Shown piece after piece: positions 1 to 10,846 of a stretch of 26,105 nt of DNA. The notes under the pieces are model-generated. The model was not told where the DNA came from and did not search any database. It worked only from the letters and a program-made list of their open reading frames with translations. The stretch's first letter is position 1; each line of letters opens with the position of its first letter. Source of the stretch: Ginkgo biloba (taxonomy: Eukaryota > Plantae > Ginkgophyta); the NCBI GenBank assembly GCA_024626585.2, contig JANKJI020000002.1, positions 52,841,220 to 52,867,324 of the forward strand. Direction: 5' to 3'. A program made the position numbers and the translations under genes.

Positions 1-768
1 GTTAGTAGAATCCTAGATTCAGGAAAGGAATAAATAATCTTCCTGATTTGGTGTTTCTTCCTACTTTTGCAGCTTCCAGCCCCAACTCCAAGTTGAGCAT
101 TGTGTCTGTTGCAGACTATCTGTCTACCGCTTGAAAGTTGAATTGCTTGCATGTTAACATAAATAAGATTGTCTGGATTTCCACATGTTTAATGCACAGA
201 AATTTGACCTCTTAGATATCTCCCTTTTGTTATGTTGGAAGCATATAATAGAGCTCTAAGTTTGTACACTTAAATTTTCAGCATCTGGAATGATCCATAT
301 CAACAAGTCTTAGTATTTACTGAACGATAATTTCAGTATATCTATGTCTGTCAAAAAATTACTTTTCTGTTTTGCTAGTGTCAAAATGATGCCTAATTCG
401 CTTTCAGTCTTAAATGTTACAACCATGTTCAAAATGAAGTGCCTTCAGGGGTTACAACAAAGCTTCACGCTAATATCCAAACTGGTGTTACACGTCCGAT
501 CACTAAGAACAAGTTTTATTATCCAGCCATGTCAATTTCAGATGCAAAACTTTAAGCTGGTCAATCAAGATCTTTCCATTGCATTACTCGGTCATTCATG
601 CACAAGCTTATCAAATGCATCAGATATAGACTTTTGAGCTGTGCGTGACTCCTTAACAGTACTCACGAAACAAAATATCTTCAAACAATGCTCTGATAAA
701 GAAACAATGATCATCTGTAAAAGGAACTCAAAAAGAGTGTGCGTGGGTCAAATTTAGCAAAAAACTAC

Positions 769-909
769 CGTTTTCCAACCATCAGGATCAAGGCAAGCTG
801 TAATCTTTGTATTGATGCCGGGCAGTGGACCAGGTTCACGAGTTATTTTGCCTCCAGCTAGTCGAACTGCTTCTGCTGTCTTATAAACATCATCGGTACT
901 TATTGCAAT
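769..909 (-). CDS. GLX1: Glyoxalase I exon IAISTDDVYKTAEAVRLAGGKITREPGPLPGINTKITACLDPDGWKT (141 nt)
   Basis: Not in the ORF track. CCAG acceptor at 913-910 and ACG|GTAG donor at 768. Open frame matching the GLXI penultimate exon. The terminal exon (VFVDNxDFLKEL-type) was not found in 1-768. Confidence 0.95.
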
Positions 910-1151
910 CTGGTAGCAAAAATATTGTGTTTCTATGTAAATACCCTGTCCATCTTTGTGTTAAACACACAATCTAAGCTACTGAACATGAATTGTCTCA
1001 ACTGAAGCAGAACATCCTTTATATTTTACCCATTTGGTTAAAAAGGGGCAAACTGTCAGAATTGAAGCAAGCAAGCTACAAAAATGAAACTTCCATTTTC
1101 AGCCAAAATGACGTCTGCCACCTCCAAATGAAAATTCAAATTCAAATTTAC

Positions 1152-1259
1152 CTGAGCATATGCATTTCCCTTGTCATAATCTTTGACTCCATAATTGTAA
1201 GTCAGCTCCAACACTGTGCTTTTCTCCTCAGGTCCATATCCAAGCATAGCTACTGTATA
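1152..1259 (-). CDS. GLX1: Glyoxalase I exon YTVAMLGYGPEEKSTVLELTYNYGVKDYDKGNAYAQ (108 nt)
   Basis: TTGCAG acceptor and CAG|GTAAAT donor. Contains the conserved LELTYNYG and GNAYAQ motifs, with E and Q at metal-ligand positions of domain 2. Confidence 0.96.
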
Positions 1260-1474
1260 CTGCAAAATATTTCAATGTTAAATCTTCTAAAAATTAATCA
1301 AATCCTAAACATAAGAATGCGATTCCAAATAAAAACACAATCCATTTTGATCCATACAAACCCTTCATGCATTGCAGTGCATCAATGCCAATCCTTTTGA
1401 AGCAAAATAGGATGTCAGTTGAGACCTAACACAAAAACCATCATTAAGTGCCAAAACAAAATGTTGATAGTTAC

Positions 1475-1522
1475 CTTATAATCAGGATTGTCCTTTTTCC
1501 GCAACAGCTCCATCCCAAAAGC
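1475..1522 (-). CDS. GLX1: Glyoxalase I exon AFGMELLRKKDNPDYK (48 nt)
   Basis: Not in the ORF track. Reverse complement reads aaacaaag|GCT TTT GGG ATG GAG CTG TTG CGG AAA AAG GAC AAT CCT GAT TAT AAG|gtaact. Phase 0 at both ends and matches the conserved GLXI peptide. Confidence 0.95.
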
Positions 1523-1711
1523 CTTTGTTTGAAGATGAATTGCAATTCATACCATAGCACAAAAATCAGCTCGATATACTTCCTATTGATTTAAATTTTA
1601 TTTGCATTGGATGGCAATAAAGCTAACCACCACTGCTTAGTTTGTATGTGATTAAACCGGCAGATTTAAGAGGACATAATGTTAAGATGACAGTGCCACT
1701 GGCTCTGTTAC

Positions 1712-1891
1712 TGTCCCACTACGAATAGAAACAAAACATTGTACACGCTATGCATGCACCCATGCTGCCAGTATAGGCCCCACAACCTCCCACCGTGCAT
1801 GAGTCCCACTACATATCCACAAAAATAAAAAACTAAAACACACTGTGGATGCACCCATGCTACTGGCATTGGCCCCAGAAACTCCCAATGC
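1712..1891. repeat. Diverged ~90-bp tandem duplication (2 copies) in a GLX intron
   Basis: Collinear shared blocks GTCCCACTAC, ATGCACCCATGCT, GGCCCCA and CTCCCA recur about 90 bp apart. Confidence 0.75.
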
Positions 1892-2124
1892 NNNNNNNNN
1901 NNNNNNNNNGAGCACCTATTATCTTGTGCGTGCTTGCATTTAGTACTTAACACTGCTCTTTGTAATTGATAGTTCCTAATTTGAATATAGTTCGTACTGT
2001 TTAAGCAGTGCACCATGAGTTATTCTTTCATTTTTCTCATAAAACCATGTGTTATCAATCAGCATGTCTACTTGTTAATGCTGGCCTGCCTATAAATTGT
2101 AATACATTCATAATTNNNNNNNNN

Positions 2125-2337
2125 NNNNNNNNNNNNNNNNNNNNNNTGATCAAGATCTCCTACTCTCAACATTACTTGACACAATGGCTCAGGAGTAGGG
2201 CCTCTCTGTATCAGCTCAAACTTATAACCATCTGGATCTTCAACAAAAGCAATCACAGTTTTACCCCCTTTTACTGGCCCTGGTTCCCTGGTAACCTTTC
2301 CTCCTTTGGCTTTTATAAGATCAACTGCTTTATAGAC
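2125..2337 (-). CDS. GLX1: Glyoxalase I (lactoylglutathione lyase) internal exon: [63 protein letters not shown]...
   Basis: TTGCAG acceptor at 2343-2338. The peptide matches the end of domain 1 and start of domain 2 of plant two-domain GLXI ([25 protein letters not shown]). The 3' end and donor fall in the N run 2116-2146; 2125 is inferred from the 8 conserved residues (RxIxFYEK) expected after DLD. Confidence 0.93.
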
Positions 2338-3840
2338 CTGCAATAGTAAGATGGTTTAAGTAAAAACAGCTTCATGCTTCTTAAGCAACTACGGATATAC
2401 CCAGACACAGTTATATCAAGGTTTGAAAACAGAGAGAAACCATCAAGCAAAAAAGGGATCACAACCATAACTAAATCTTTGACAATGAGAAGTTGGAGTA
2501 GAAAATAAATGCTTGGTAAGAGAATAGGTATTGTGGCTAACATAAAAACCCAATGGGGGATACATTTAAGGACTGAAATTATATAGCAAAACTGCTTGGC
2601 CAGTTTGATGTACAGGCCAAATATTGTTGCCGACATCTTGGGCTGAAGCCATCAATGATATTGCATGAATCAAGTCACCAGGATATGCTTCATTCTATAA
2701 AAATTCACACTAGGAATGGTAAATAGATCTAACAAGGGATCAAAATTCTGAATGCCCAAAGGGACAATAAAAGTTGGATCATTTCAATGGTATGATCAGG
2801 ACTAAGTAGTCATCAGCACGATAATGCCTAGGGGAAGGAGGTACCTTACTCAACTGCGATTATTCTTCACATCAACAGTCAATAATGATATAGGTTAAGC
2901 TAGTTAGCTTAAAAAATGAAATAGCAGATGGGTGGGATGTTCATATAGTCATACTCAACATAAAATGTACTCTGGAAAGTCATTGACTAGAATGCCCTCA
3001 CATCTCGTAAAAATCAAATTAAAAATCAAACAAGATTGAACACAGAAGCTTCAGAATTAACACAAAGTGAGTTTCTTCACAACTTCATACACAAAGAGGT
3101 CTATGAAAAATGTAGTCAGTTTTATTCAGTCATTTATCAGCTTCTATACCAGCACTTGAGAAATTAGTCACCAATTCCATAGAGCAAAATCAAAAGCATG
3201 GGTCATTCAAATGTATTCTTGTTCATTCAGATAAATTTATAAATGTGAAATTTATATTCTATGTAGCAAAGGAGAATTCAATTTATATGAATGTGTAATA
3301 TGTCTTTACATTTATGTTCTATGGTATAAAATAATTTTCTGTTAAAGAAATGCCATGCTAGGATCATTTTCTTTTATAAATTCATGGTGCATATAAGATA
3401 TTCTCTTTATTATGTTACCTAAGATTCAAGTATATGTTAATGAAATAAATATAGAGTATGAATTTATTAAAATAAACACAAATTCCTTTTTTCTTCTTAT
3501 TTAATAAAGAATTGCATAGTAGATGATTGAGTTTGATAAAATGGAATTAAATCTAATTAAAACCATTTACCAAATAAATTGTAAATATATGAATTTTCCC
3601 ACATAACATTATTTATTAGAAATAAATAAATAATTTAATATGTGGCATTTGGAACTAACCAAATATTTTTAGACCCAATTAGAGATGGGTTATCTCCAAA
3701 TTAGCCTTTTTGAGATGGTGAGTTTTCAAGCATATGAGTCNNNNNNNNNNNNNNNNNNNNNNNNNNNNNNNNNNNNNNNNNNNNNNNNNNNNNNNNNNNN
3801 NNNNNNNNNNNNNNNNNNNNNNNNNNNNNNNNNNNNNNNN

Positions 3841-3960
3841 GGTTATAGTCCCTCATGTTGATTTTGACATTATGACAATTCCCACCACAACTAATAAATC
3901 CACCATTGGCAATCATTACCTGAAATATTTCAATAGCAAGGCTATCAATGCTTTGATGGC
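3841..3960 (-). mobile_element. Ty3/gypsy aspartic protease remnant
   Basis: FQVMIANGGFISCGGNCHNVKINMRDY resembles the plant gypsy retropepsin segment FxVxxANGxxxxCxGxCxxVxxxMxxY. Confidence 0.7.
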
Positions 3961-3970
3961 AAAGTAAGCC

Positions 3971-4354
3971 AAAGGGGGGATACATGTTGTGCCCCAAAGA
4001 CACAACTAGGCCTAGGAGAAGTCTAATCCAAAAGGCACTAAAGTACACAAGATGGCTTAGTTGAACCTTTTGATGGAGCCAAATGAAGGACACTCAAGTT
4101 CTTAGCATTAAGGAGCATTCTAGGCCCTAAAAAATAACCTCAATCGATCTAAAAGAAGCTAGAGGCAAGTCAAATTTGTTGGGGTATAAATAGGCCAATT
4201 CTCTACTCATTTTCTCATTAGACATCTTTAGCATTTTCTACTTCCTCTTTTCAAAGGGAAACTCTTCCTTTGGAATAAGTTACTTATGTTCATATTACTT
4301 TAGATGTTCCCCATTACTACTTCTTGGATAGTAAGTTCCTCAGTATCTTCAACA
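3971..4354 (+). mobile_element. Polypurine tract plus 370-bp 3' LTR
   Basis: AAAGGGGGGA at 3971-3980, then TGTTG at 3985 and CAACA ending at 4354 (perfect 5-bp terminal inverted repeat). Internal TATAAATAGG box near 4185. Confidence 0.75.
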
Positions 4355-4566
4355 TATTTGATGTTCTGGTTCCAAAAAATCTTGCCTGCTGAAAACCTGA
4401 AATGCAAACACATCATTGAAACACGTAACTTAATCAACCCCTCAGAAATCATTTCTGCTGTTCTCTAATGAGAATTGCAAAAGAAACTGTCTGTCTCAAA
4501 CAAAGAACTCCCTTGCAAGCTTTTGGTAACTCCATGATCCAACACCAATATTCAAAACAACATGTT

Positions 4567-5015
4567 TGGTGTTAGGTTTTCAAGCATAATCCATGTTAAT
4601 ATACCAGTTTACACAAGAAATTTTGAAGCATAAAGCATTGAACCAAATACAATAAACCCAGGTCCAAGAATATATAGCTGAACATAACAATGGTGTCACA
4701 AAAGCATACACAACAGAATATAAGATTATGCAGCAGACTATAATTATGGCAATAAAGAAAAAGATAGATAGAAGATCGAGCACAATGGTCAAGCCAAAAG
4801 CCCACACACATCTCCATAAAGATGCTCAATACACCAAAAACAAAGCTGGATACAAACGTGGGTGCTGCTGGCAATCAATATCCCATGGTATTGTTGAATG
4901 CCGATACACAATATCACCTTGTTATTAGACCTATTTTAAAATGAATCATAGTTCGTTGTGTCATGTAGATACATGACATTATCCCATAGATCCATACGAT
5001 TCCATAGTTAATTGC
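4567..5015 (-). repeat. LTR copy A (homologous to 9742-10160)
   Basis: Collinear blocks CAAGCATAATCCAT, TGAACCAAAYACAATAAACCCA, CTGAACATAACAAT, CATACACA and ACATCTCCATAAA are shared with copy B. Roughly 70% identity by eye. Confidence 0.8.
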
Positions 5016-5293
5016 ACTCTTGATTGAATTCCGTGTAAAACTACCACTTGTTTTGCCAAAATTATCAAGTGTATGTCTGGTGTACATGGCATGCCTCATA
5101 TGCTGCCCTCCAACTGCCACTCATAAAAGATTCATGTCCAGCATGTGTTGAACACTATCTTCATGCAATTGTACCAAGATAAAAGTATTGTCGAAACACA
5201 TTTGTGGTAGATAGCATGTGCAACATTAGCTCATAGATCCACTTTAGAAGGAGATCCTTCCAACATACTTCCAAAATGTCAGTTGACATGTCT

Positions 5294-5869
5294 TGTTAAT
5301 GGTCATGGGACATAAAATTCAATAACCCAGTCAACAAAGACACAAGAAGAAGGAGAGTGTTGACAAGATGAAGGAGAGGAGGTGACAAAAGGAGATAAGT
5401 AGTGATCCAGAGAAGCAGAGAGAGGTAGAGATATTCAAGGAGGAAAAAGGGGATGCATCTAGAATCACTTAAAGAGAAGTTGTAGTGACATTTGGCCATG
5501 GAGGTACTTTGATAAGATTCTTCAAAGAAACTGGCAGGGTTGGAGCCCATGCTTGCAATACATTGTGAATCTTTATGTTTGAAGTGTAACCACCTCCATT
5601 AGTGAGGAATATGATGAGAAGGTGATGGTATAAATTAATGCAAAACTTGAATTCCTTTCATGCACCTCGATTTTTATTCCCCATGAGGGTTTCTACTGCT
5701 AAAAAGTGTGGTGTGCCATTGTCTCTGTGAACTTGTGCACGTGGATTTATCATCTTTATTATTCCCCTGGTGATGTGTAGTGTTATGATTTGATATTGCA
5801 TATCCTTATAATTTTATTGTTGTAATGATGATCCTGTGGGTAAGCTTGTTCATGGATCTCAAACTGACG
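5294..5869 (+). mobile_element. Solo-LTR-like insertion inside the copia RT/RNase H region
   Basis: Starts TGTTAAT, has a purine-rich middle and the motif CCCCATGAGGGTTTCT shared with 12692-12707. The end is degenerate and no clean TSD is seen. Confidence 0.45.
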
Positions 5870-8216
5870 TAGTCAATTTGTTGGTTTTCAAAGATCCTTG
5901 AAGCAGGAAAGTNNNNNNNNNNNNNNNNNNNNNNNNNNNNNNNNNNNNNNNNNNNNNNNNNNNNNNNNNNNNNNNNNNNNNNNNNNNNNNNNNNNNNNNN
6001 NNNNNNNNNNNNNNNNNNNNNNNNNNNNNNNNNNNNNNNNNNNNNNNNNNNNNNNNNNNNNNNNNNNNNNNNNNNNNNNNNNNNNNNNNNNNNNNNNNNN
6101 NNNNNNNNNNNNNNNNNNNNNNNNNNNNNNNNNNNNNNNNNNNNNNNNNNNNNNNNNNNNNNNNNNNNNNNNNNNNNNNNNNNNNNNNNNNNNNNNNNNN
6201 NNNNNNNNNNNNNNNNNNNNNNNNNNNNNNNNNNNNNNNNNNNNNNNNNNNNNNNNNNNNNNNNNNNNNNNNNNNNNNNNNNNNNNNNNNNNTGTGCTTA
6301 TGCCAAGTTTTGTGTATTTCTCCTATACAATAGCATCCTTCCCCATACAGGTGCACAAGTTTCCATGTGTCAATGTCTATCAGGTAAACTCATCCAATAC
6401 TGCCATGACTAGTTTCATCCTTGATGGGTCTTCACTCTTCAATGATCCTTGCATCGATGTTGCTTTGGAATCTAGAAAGTCGTGGTCTTCTCTCTTATTA
6501 GGAGGGTNNNNNNNNNNNNNNNNNNNNNNNNNNNNNNNNNNNNNNNNATTGTTGCATGCTCCTTTTATTTGTCCTCCTTATATTTGGCATATTGACTTTG
6601 ACGTTCGACTTTCCAAGAAACAGATTAGAGAGGCCATCCAAAAGGAGATCCATGGAGCATACATACAGGTTACTTGGATTTCACCTTTTAGAAGCCTCAA
6701 TCCAAAACTTGCATGCTACTCTAAACATTTTTTACACATATCTGAGGTGGCCATTGTTCCACTGAATTATCTTAAATTTCATGGCTTGAGCTTTCCCCTT
6801 GACTGATTTAATGTTTGCTCTCACCAACTTTAAATAGAAGCTAAACACTATCTACCTAAAGATTAGCAAATCTATTGTCTTTGCTCATTGAAGAGAGAGA
6901 TCAAGGAGCACTATATCTTTCACTCCCCAATTGACTAGGAGATAAGATGTCAATATAATTGTTTGTTTAGTAGGTCTGATGTGAGTTTGGCTACCTTTAT
7001 AGTTCATGAGAACTAGAGACATGTCACCCTCTTTCTCAAAGAGTTCCTTATAGGCAACACCTTTGAGTGGAGCAACAAAAAGGACTAAGAGAGTGCTGAG
7101 CATCAGATCCTTCTTTCAACCCTTGACTAACTACTATGAGCAAGCCAACAACATCGAACAAGTGTGAAGGTCTCCTAGGCAATAACTACCTTTGCCAAAA
7201 CTACAAAGAGAGGCACCCAAAGGACCACAACTTCCATCTAACAACAAAGAGATTACAGGAGTAACTACACCACCAACTTCTTCACTAGCTCTAGCAAAGC
7301 CACAACCTTGGATGATAGAAGAGGTGCCACATTGAGAATGATTACCAGATTATGCAAAGAACTCCTCCTATACACATTCCAAATTCCACCATAAAAGACA
7401 TTATAAAGCAAGCCATAGGTGACCTCCTGGCAAGTGAGGATGGATAGACATAGACCTATCATTTGATTGGACCCCTTCCCACTCGCTCAACACTAGATTT
7501 ATTTTTTTGTAGTTGGACAAACTCAAGACTCAAATGCATGCCTCAAGCTTATTAGGCTCCCACGTTCTAGCATGGCTNNNNNNNNNNNNNNNNNNNNNNN
7601 NNNNNNNNNNNNNNNNNNNNNNNNNNNNNNNNNNNNNNNNNNNNNNNNNNNNNNNNNNNNNNNNNNNNNNNNNNNNNNNNNNNNNNNNNNNNNNNNNNNN
7701 NNNNNNNNNNNNNNNNNNNNNNNNNNNNNNNNNNNNNNNNNNNNNNNNNNNNNNNNNNNNNNNNNNNNNNNNNNNNNNNNNNNNNNNNNNNNNNNNNNNN
7801 NNNNNNNNNNNNNNNNNNNNNNNNNNNNNNNNNNNNNNNNNNNNNNNNNNNNNNNNNNNNNNNNNNNNNNNNNNNNNNNNTTTTTGTTAGTTGTGGAAAT
7901 GATACAATTTATTTGTTTTTGCTTCTTCTCAAGACTTGGATTAGTGTACTTCTTGACTTGTAAGTGGGGGAAAAGTGAGTTCATTGTCAATTCATGGTGA
8001 TTCATTCTTCTCATTCTTGCTAGAGGACTCTTGAACTTCTTTCCATTGTTGTCCCTAGCTTTGGCAAGTTGTTTCTTGTGTTTATTCCTCTTTAAACTTT
8101 CTTATGGATATTTGAAAAACTATTTTTATCCTTCTTGGCTAAATTAAGAGGGCCTCTTCTTGTGCATCCTGAAGATAGCACAATCCTCTATTGTTGCGAT
8201 TCTTTTTAGCAGATCT

Positions 8217-8358
8217 TCCCCATCTTTCCCTTCACAAATTCAACACAAACAGATCTATAATGATTGGACATAGATTTATTTTACCTATCCCCATCTTTCC
8301 CTTCACAAATTCATCGCAAACAAATCTTGAGTGACTGGGCATAGGTTTCTTTTACCAA
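8217..8358. repeat. 71-bp tandem duplication (2 copies)
   Basis: TCCCCATCTTTCCCTTCACAAATTCA occurs at 8217 and 8288, with continued similarity through TTTTACC. Confidence 0.9.
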
Positions 8359-8858
8359 TGGGATATACGTGTGCCTAAAGACCAATTCTTTTGAAGTCAT
8401 GGGGTGCATCCCAATTGCAAAGTCTAATGCAAACTTACAAAACTGAGACTAGGTTAATTCCTCATGGCACTTGCACTTGTCATATTCATCAACATGATGT
8501 CATAGATTATAGTCGCCTTTCTCAATGATGAAGTTGCAGAAGGTTGTTACTGCCCTTTAAAACAATGGTTGTCATGTGTACTCCCACCAAAACTCCAGCC
8601 TTCTCTGTTCTCAAGCAAGATACATTTTTCCTAGGTCCCAACCATGCATACAATTAGCCATGGTGCTGACAGCTTCTTCTCAACAATTGTCAATCAATGG
8701 ACAAAACTTTTCAGTTGAAAAAAGACTGGGGTAACAGAAAAGAAAAAATAGACAAAAACTTGGGTTTACAACAAAATTGTTATTAAAATTTGATAGACAA
8801 TTTCTGCTATTGGGATGATGTCATATTTTAATGACAAAAACAGAGAAGACATTTTTTT

Positions 8859-8874
8859 GTGTGTGTGTGTGTGT
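8859..8874. repeat. (GT)8 microsatellite next to a T run
   Basis: Directly visible. Confidence 0.9.
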
Positions 8875-9727
8875 TGGAGAGGGGCTGGGAATTCTTCAAC
8901 CCTTGCTAGAGTTTTGATCAGTCTCTTGAATACCCCTTTTATTAAGGATAATGAATTGGATTTGTGAAGATACCTTGCAAAAAAGAGTCTAATTACAAGT
9001 TCAACTAATGGAGAGAGGAAAATAGACAAATGACAGATATACTTTTATGTTACAAACAGATTGACAGAAATAATATGAAGTCACATAGGTGGGTTGTGAC
9101 ATATGATCTAGCACTTATACAGTGTGGTAGGTAGCAACAATATTCAATCAATAGAAATTCTGAAATTGTAATGGGATGTCTAAGCAATTCAACCAGTCTA
9201 ATTTTAGACCAGATGCATCTGTGGAGGTGAGACATGATGTCACAAAGCTCTTTCAAGGTTAATTTCTCAATGACAGTTAGTTACAAGGTGCCTGGTTGCT
9301 TCTCAGGGGAGTACCAAGGAAGACTGCACCTAGTGGATGTGCCAATCTCCACAAATGAGTGTAAAACAATTTTCACAGCTAGCATGCCCTTTGACCAATG
9401 ATTTTGCCCTTATGGTCTGGGACAGAGGTGCTTATACCCACAATATGACGTGATCCCTTGATGATGTCACATGAATGACACACTCTGACAATTGGATATC
9501 TTATGCACAGTTTTCAATAGTAGACGAGGTCATCTTAACCCATTTTGATCCTATAAAGCTGCATATGAATGTTCTGGTTGTCCAAGCAGAACCTCCCTTG
9601 AAACTATTCTATTAAAGTGGCAGACCTTGAGACGGTTTATTGCAAATTCCCAGTTTCAAACAACTTCTGCTGATGATATGTGCATAGTTTAGTTGATTAC
9701 CTTTTCTCCCATGAGGCCGGACCTTGT

Positions 9728-9739
9728 GCTCTGATACCA
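9728..9739 (-). promoter_or_regulatory. Primer-binding site for tRNAiMet (TGGTATCAGAGC)
   Basis: Exact GCTCTGATACCA on the + strand, the canonical plant LTR-retrotransposon PBS. Confidence 0.88.
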
Positions 9740-9741
9740 CA

Positions 9742-10160
9742 GAGAGGTTCCCAAGCATAATCCATATGCGAATAGAACAGTTCATAAAACAGATAATGAA
9801 CCAAACACAATAAACCCACCACTGAATATATACAACTGAACATAACAATTGCACCTCGAAATCATACACAGCAAAAAATAGGAATATGGAGCAGAATATA
9901 ATGATGACAGTTTAAAAAAAAAAAGACGAATAATAGAGCAACAAAAGTCAAGTCTAGTGCCAGCAGACATCTCCATAAATGAGCCCAATAAATTAGAAAT
10001 CTGAGTGTAAATGGCAGTGCTGGTCAGTCTCAAGAACCAATGGCTGAGATGAATGCCAATATAAACATAACCTTATTACTGAACCAATGATAATTTGCCA
10101 ACTGTCACATGGATGGGTGAGACATCATCCAATGGATAGATATAATCCCATAATTAACTG
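9742..10160 (-). repeat. LTR copy B (5' LTR, directly followed by PBS)
   Basis: Homologous to 4567-5015 and immediately upstream (minus strand) of TGGTATCAGAGC. The outer boundary is uncertain. Confidence 0.8.
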
Positions 10161-10826
10161 TGTTTAAGGAAAGGATCATAATATTTAAAGGTTTTATTGT
10201 TCAGTTAAAATTTGCTGCTTCAAATTCAACTCTGTATGTCAATACCAAAATTATATTTGTGCAAAGAAAGTGTGGGAAATCGAAAAAGTCTCCCATATGC
10301 ACTGAGTAGTAGAAATTGAAATAATGGCATGTGCAATGGACTGCTCATAATTTTAGTAAGGTTTCCTTATGTAATTTGAAAAAGCAGCACAATAAAGTTA
10401 TCTACAATTATAACATACCATGGAACTGGTGAAGCAAATTATCTCCAATTATCTTCACTAGTNNNNNNNNNNNNNNNNNNNNNNNNNNNNNNNNNNNNNN
10501 NNNNNNNNNNNNNNNNNNNNNNNNNNNNNNNNNNNNNNNNNNNNNNNNNNNNNNNNNNNNNNAATAAGGGAGTTACATGCAATGCATGTACGTTACTCCA
10601 ATCTCCTTGTATATTTATCCCATTAATGAAGTAGAAATTTGTGTGGGAAGTGCACCATTGCACTCCACCCTTTCTCTCTCATTTTTGCATTGTATGTTTA
10701 TTGTGTATCTCATAGAGGAGTTAGATGATTGTGTGTAGCTATGCACTCTGATTTCCTTCATATTTTTATGTAATTTGAACTTCTTAGGAGGTAAAAAAAC
10801 TCATTTTGACCCTAATTTTGGATAGC

Positions 10827-10846
10827 TTTTTTTTTTTTTTTTTTTT
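10827..10846. repeat. T20 homopolymer
   Basis: Directly visible. Confidence 0.95.

Larger units (their letters stand above)
4567..10160 (-). mobile_element. Ancient degenerate Ty1/copia LTR retrotransposon with nested insertions
   Basis: In minus-strand order: LTR (~10160-9742), tRNAiMet PBS, weak gag and knuckle remnants (~8400-7900), protease-like (LERGS~LDSGA, LYNVFY~LxNVLY; ~7575-7350), integrase-like (PLKGVA~PQQNGVA, LTSYLLVN~TAxYLxN, RGKLKP~RxKLDP; ~7100-6700), RT start (DTWKLVHL~DTWELVDL, GKDAI; ~6430-6300), PPT-like GTTGGAGGGC (~5114-5105), LTR (~5100-4567). Integrase before RT indicates copia. Motifs are frameshifted and judged by eye. Confidence 0.6.

Noticed and set aside
344-1400. 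Plus-strand ORFs 344-637 and 993-1400
   Set aside because: Antisense to GLX introns and exons with no recognisable domain.
2845-2865. ATC GCA GTT GA|GTAAG resembling the end of the missing ...GIAVED exon
   Set aside because: No GFGHFG upstream and the wrong phase; chance match.
3170-3680. Very AT-rich segment as a MITE
   Set aside because: No convincing terminal inverted repeats or TSD.
4580-4874. Hydrophobic small ORFs resembling those at 9612-10033 (FMEM..LD, WVYCxWF), suggesting a membrane-peptide family
   Set aside because: The similarity switches between frames and is explained by T-rich LTR DNA homology, not coding constraint.
8400-8600. Possible L1 ORF1 (LEFW..FKG) remnant
   Set aside because: Needs several frameshifts and is equally compatible with decayed copia gag; cannot be decided by eye.
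8745-9030. 12-bp direct repeat AAAATAGACAAA as a TSD
   Set aside because: Low complexity and not adjacent to the putative tail at 8852.
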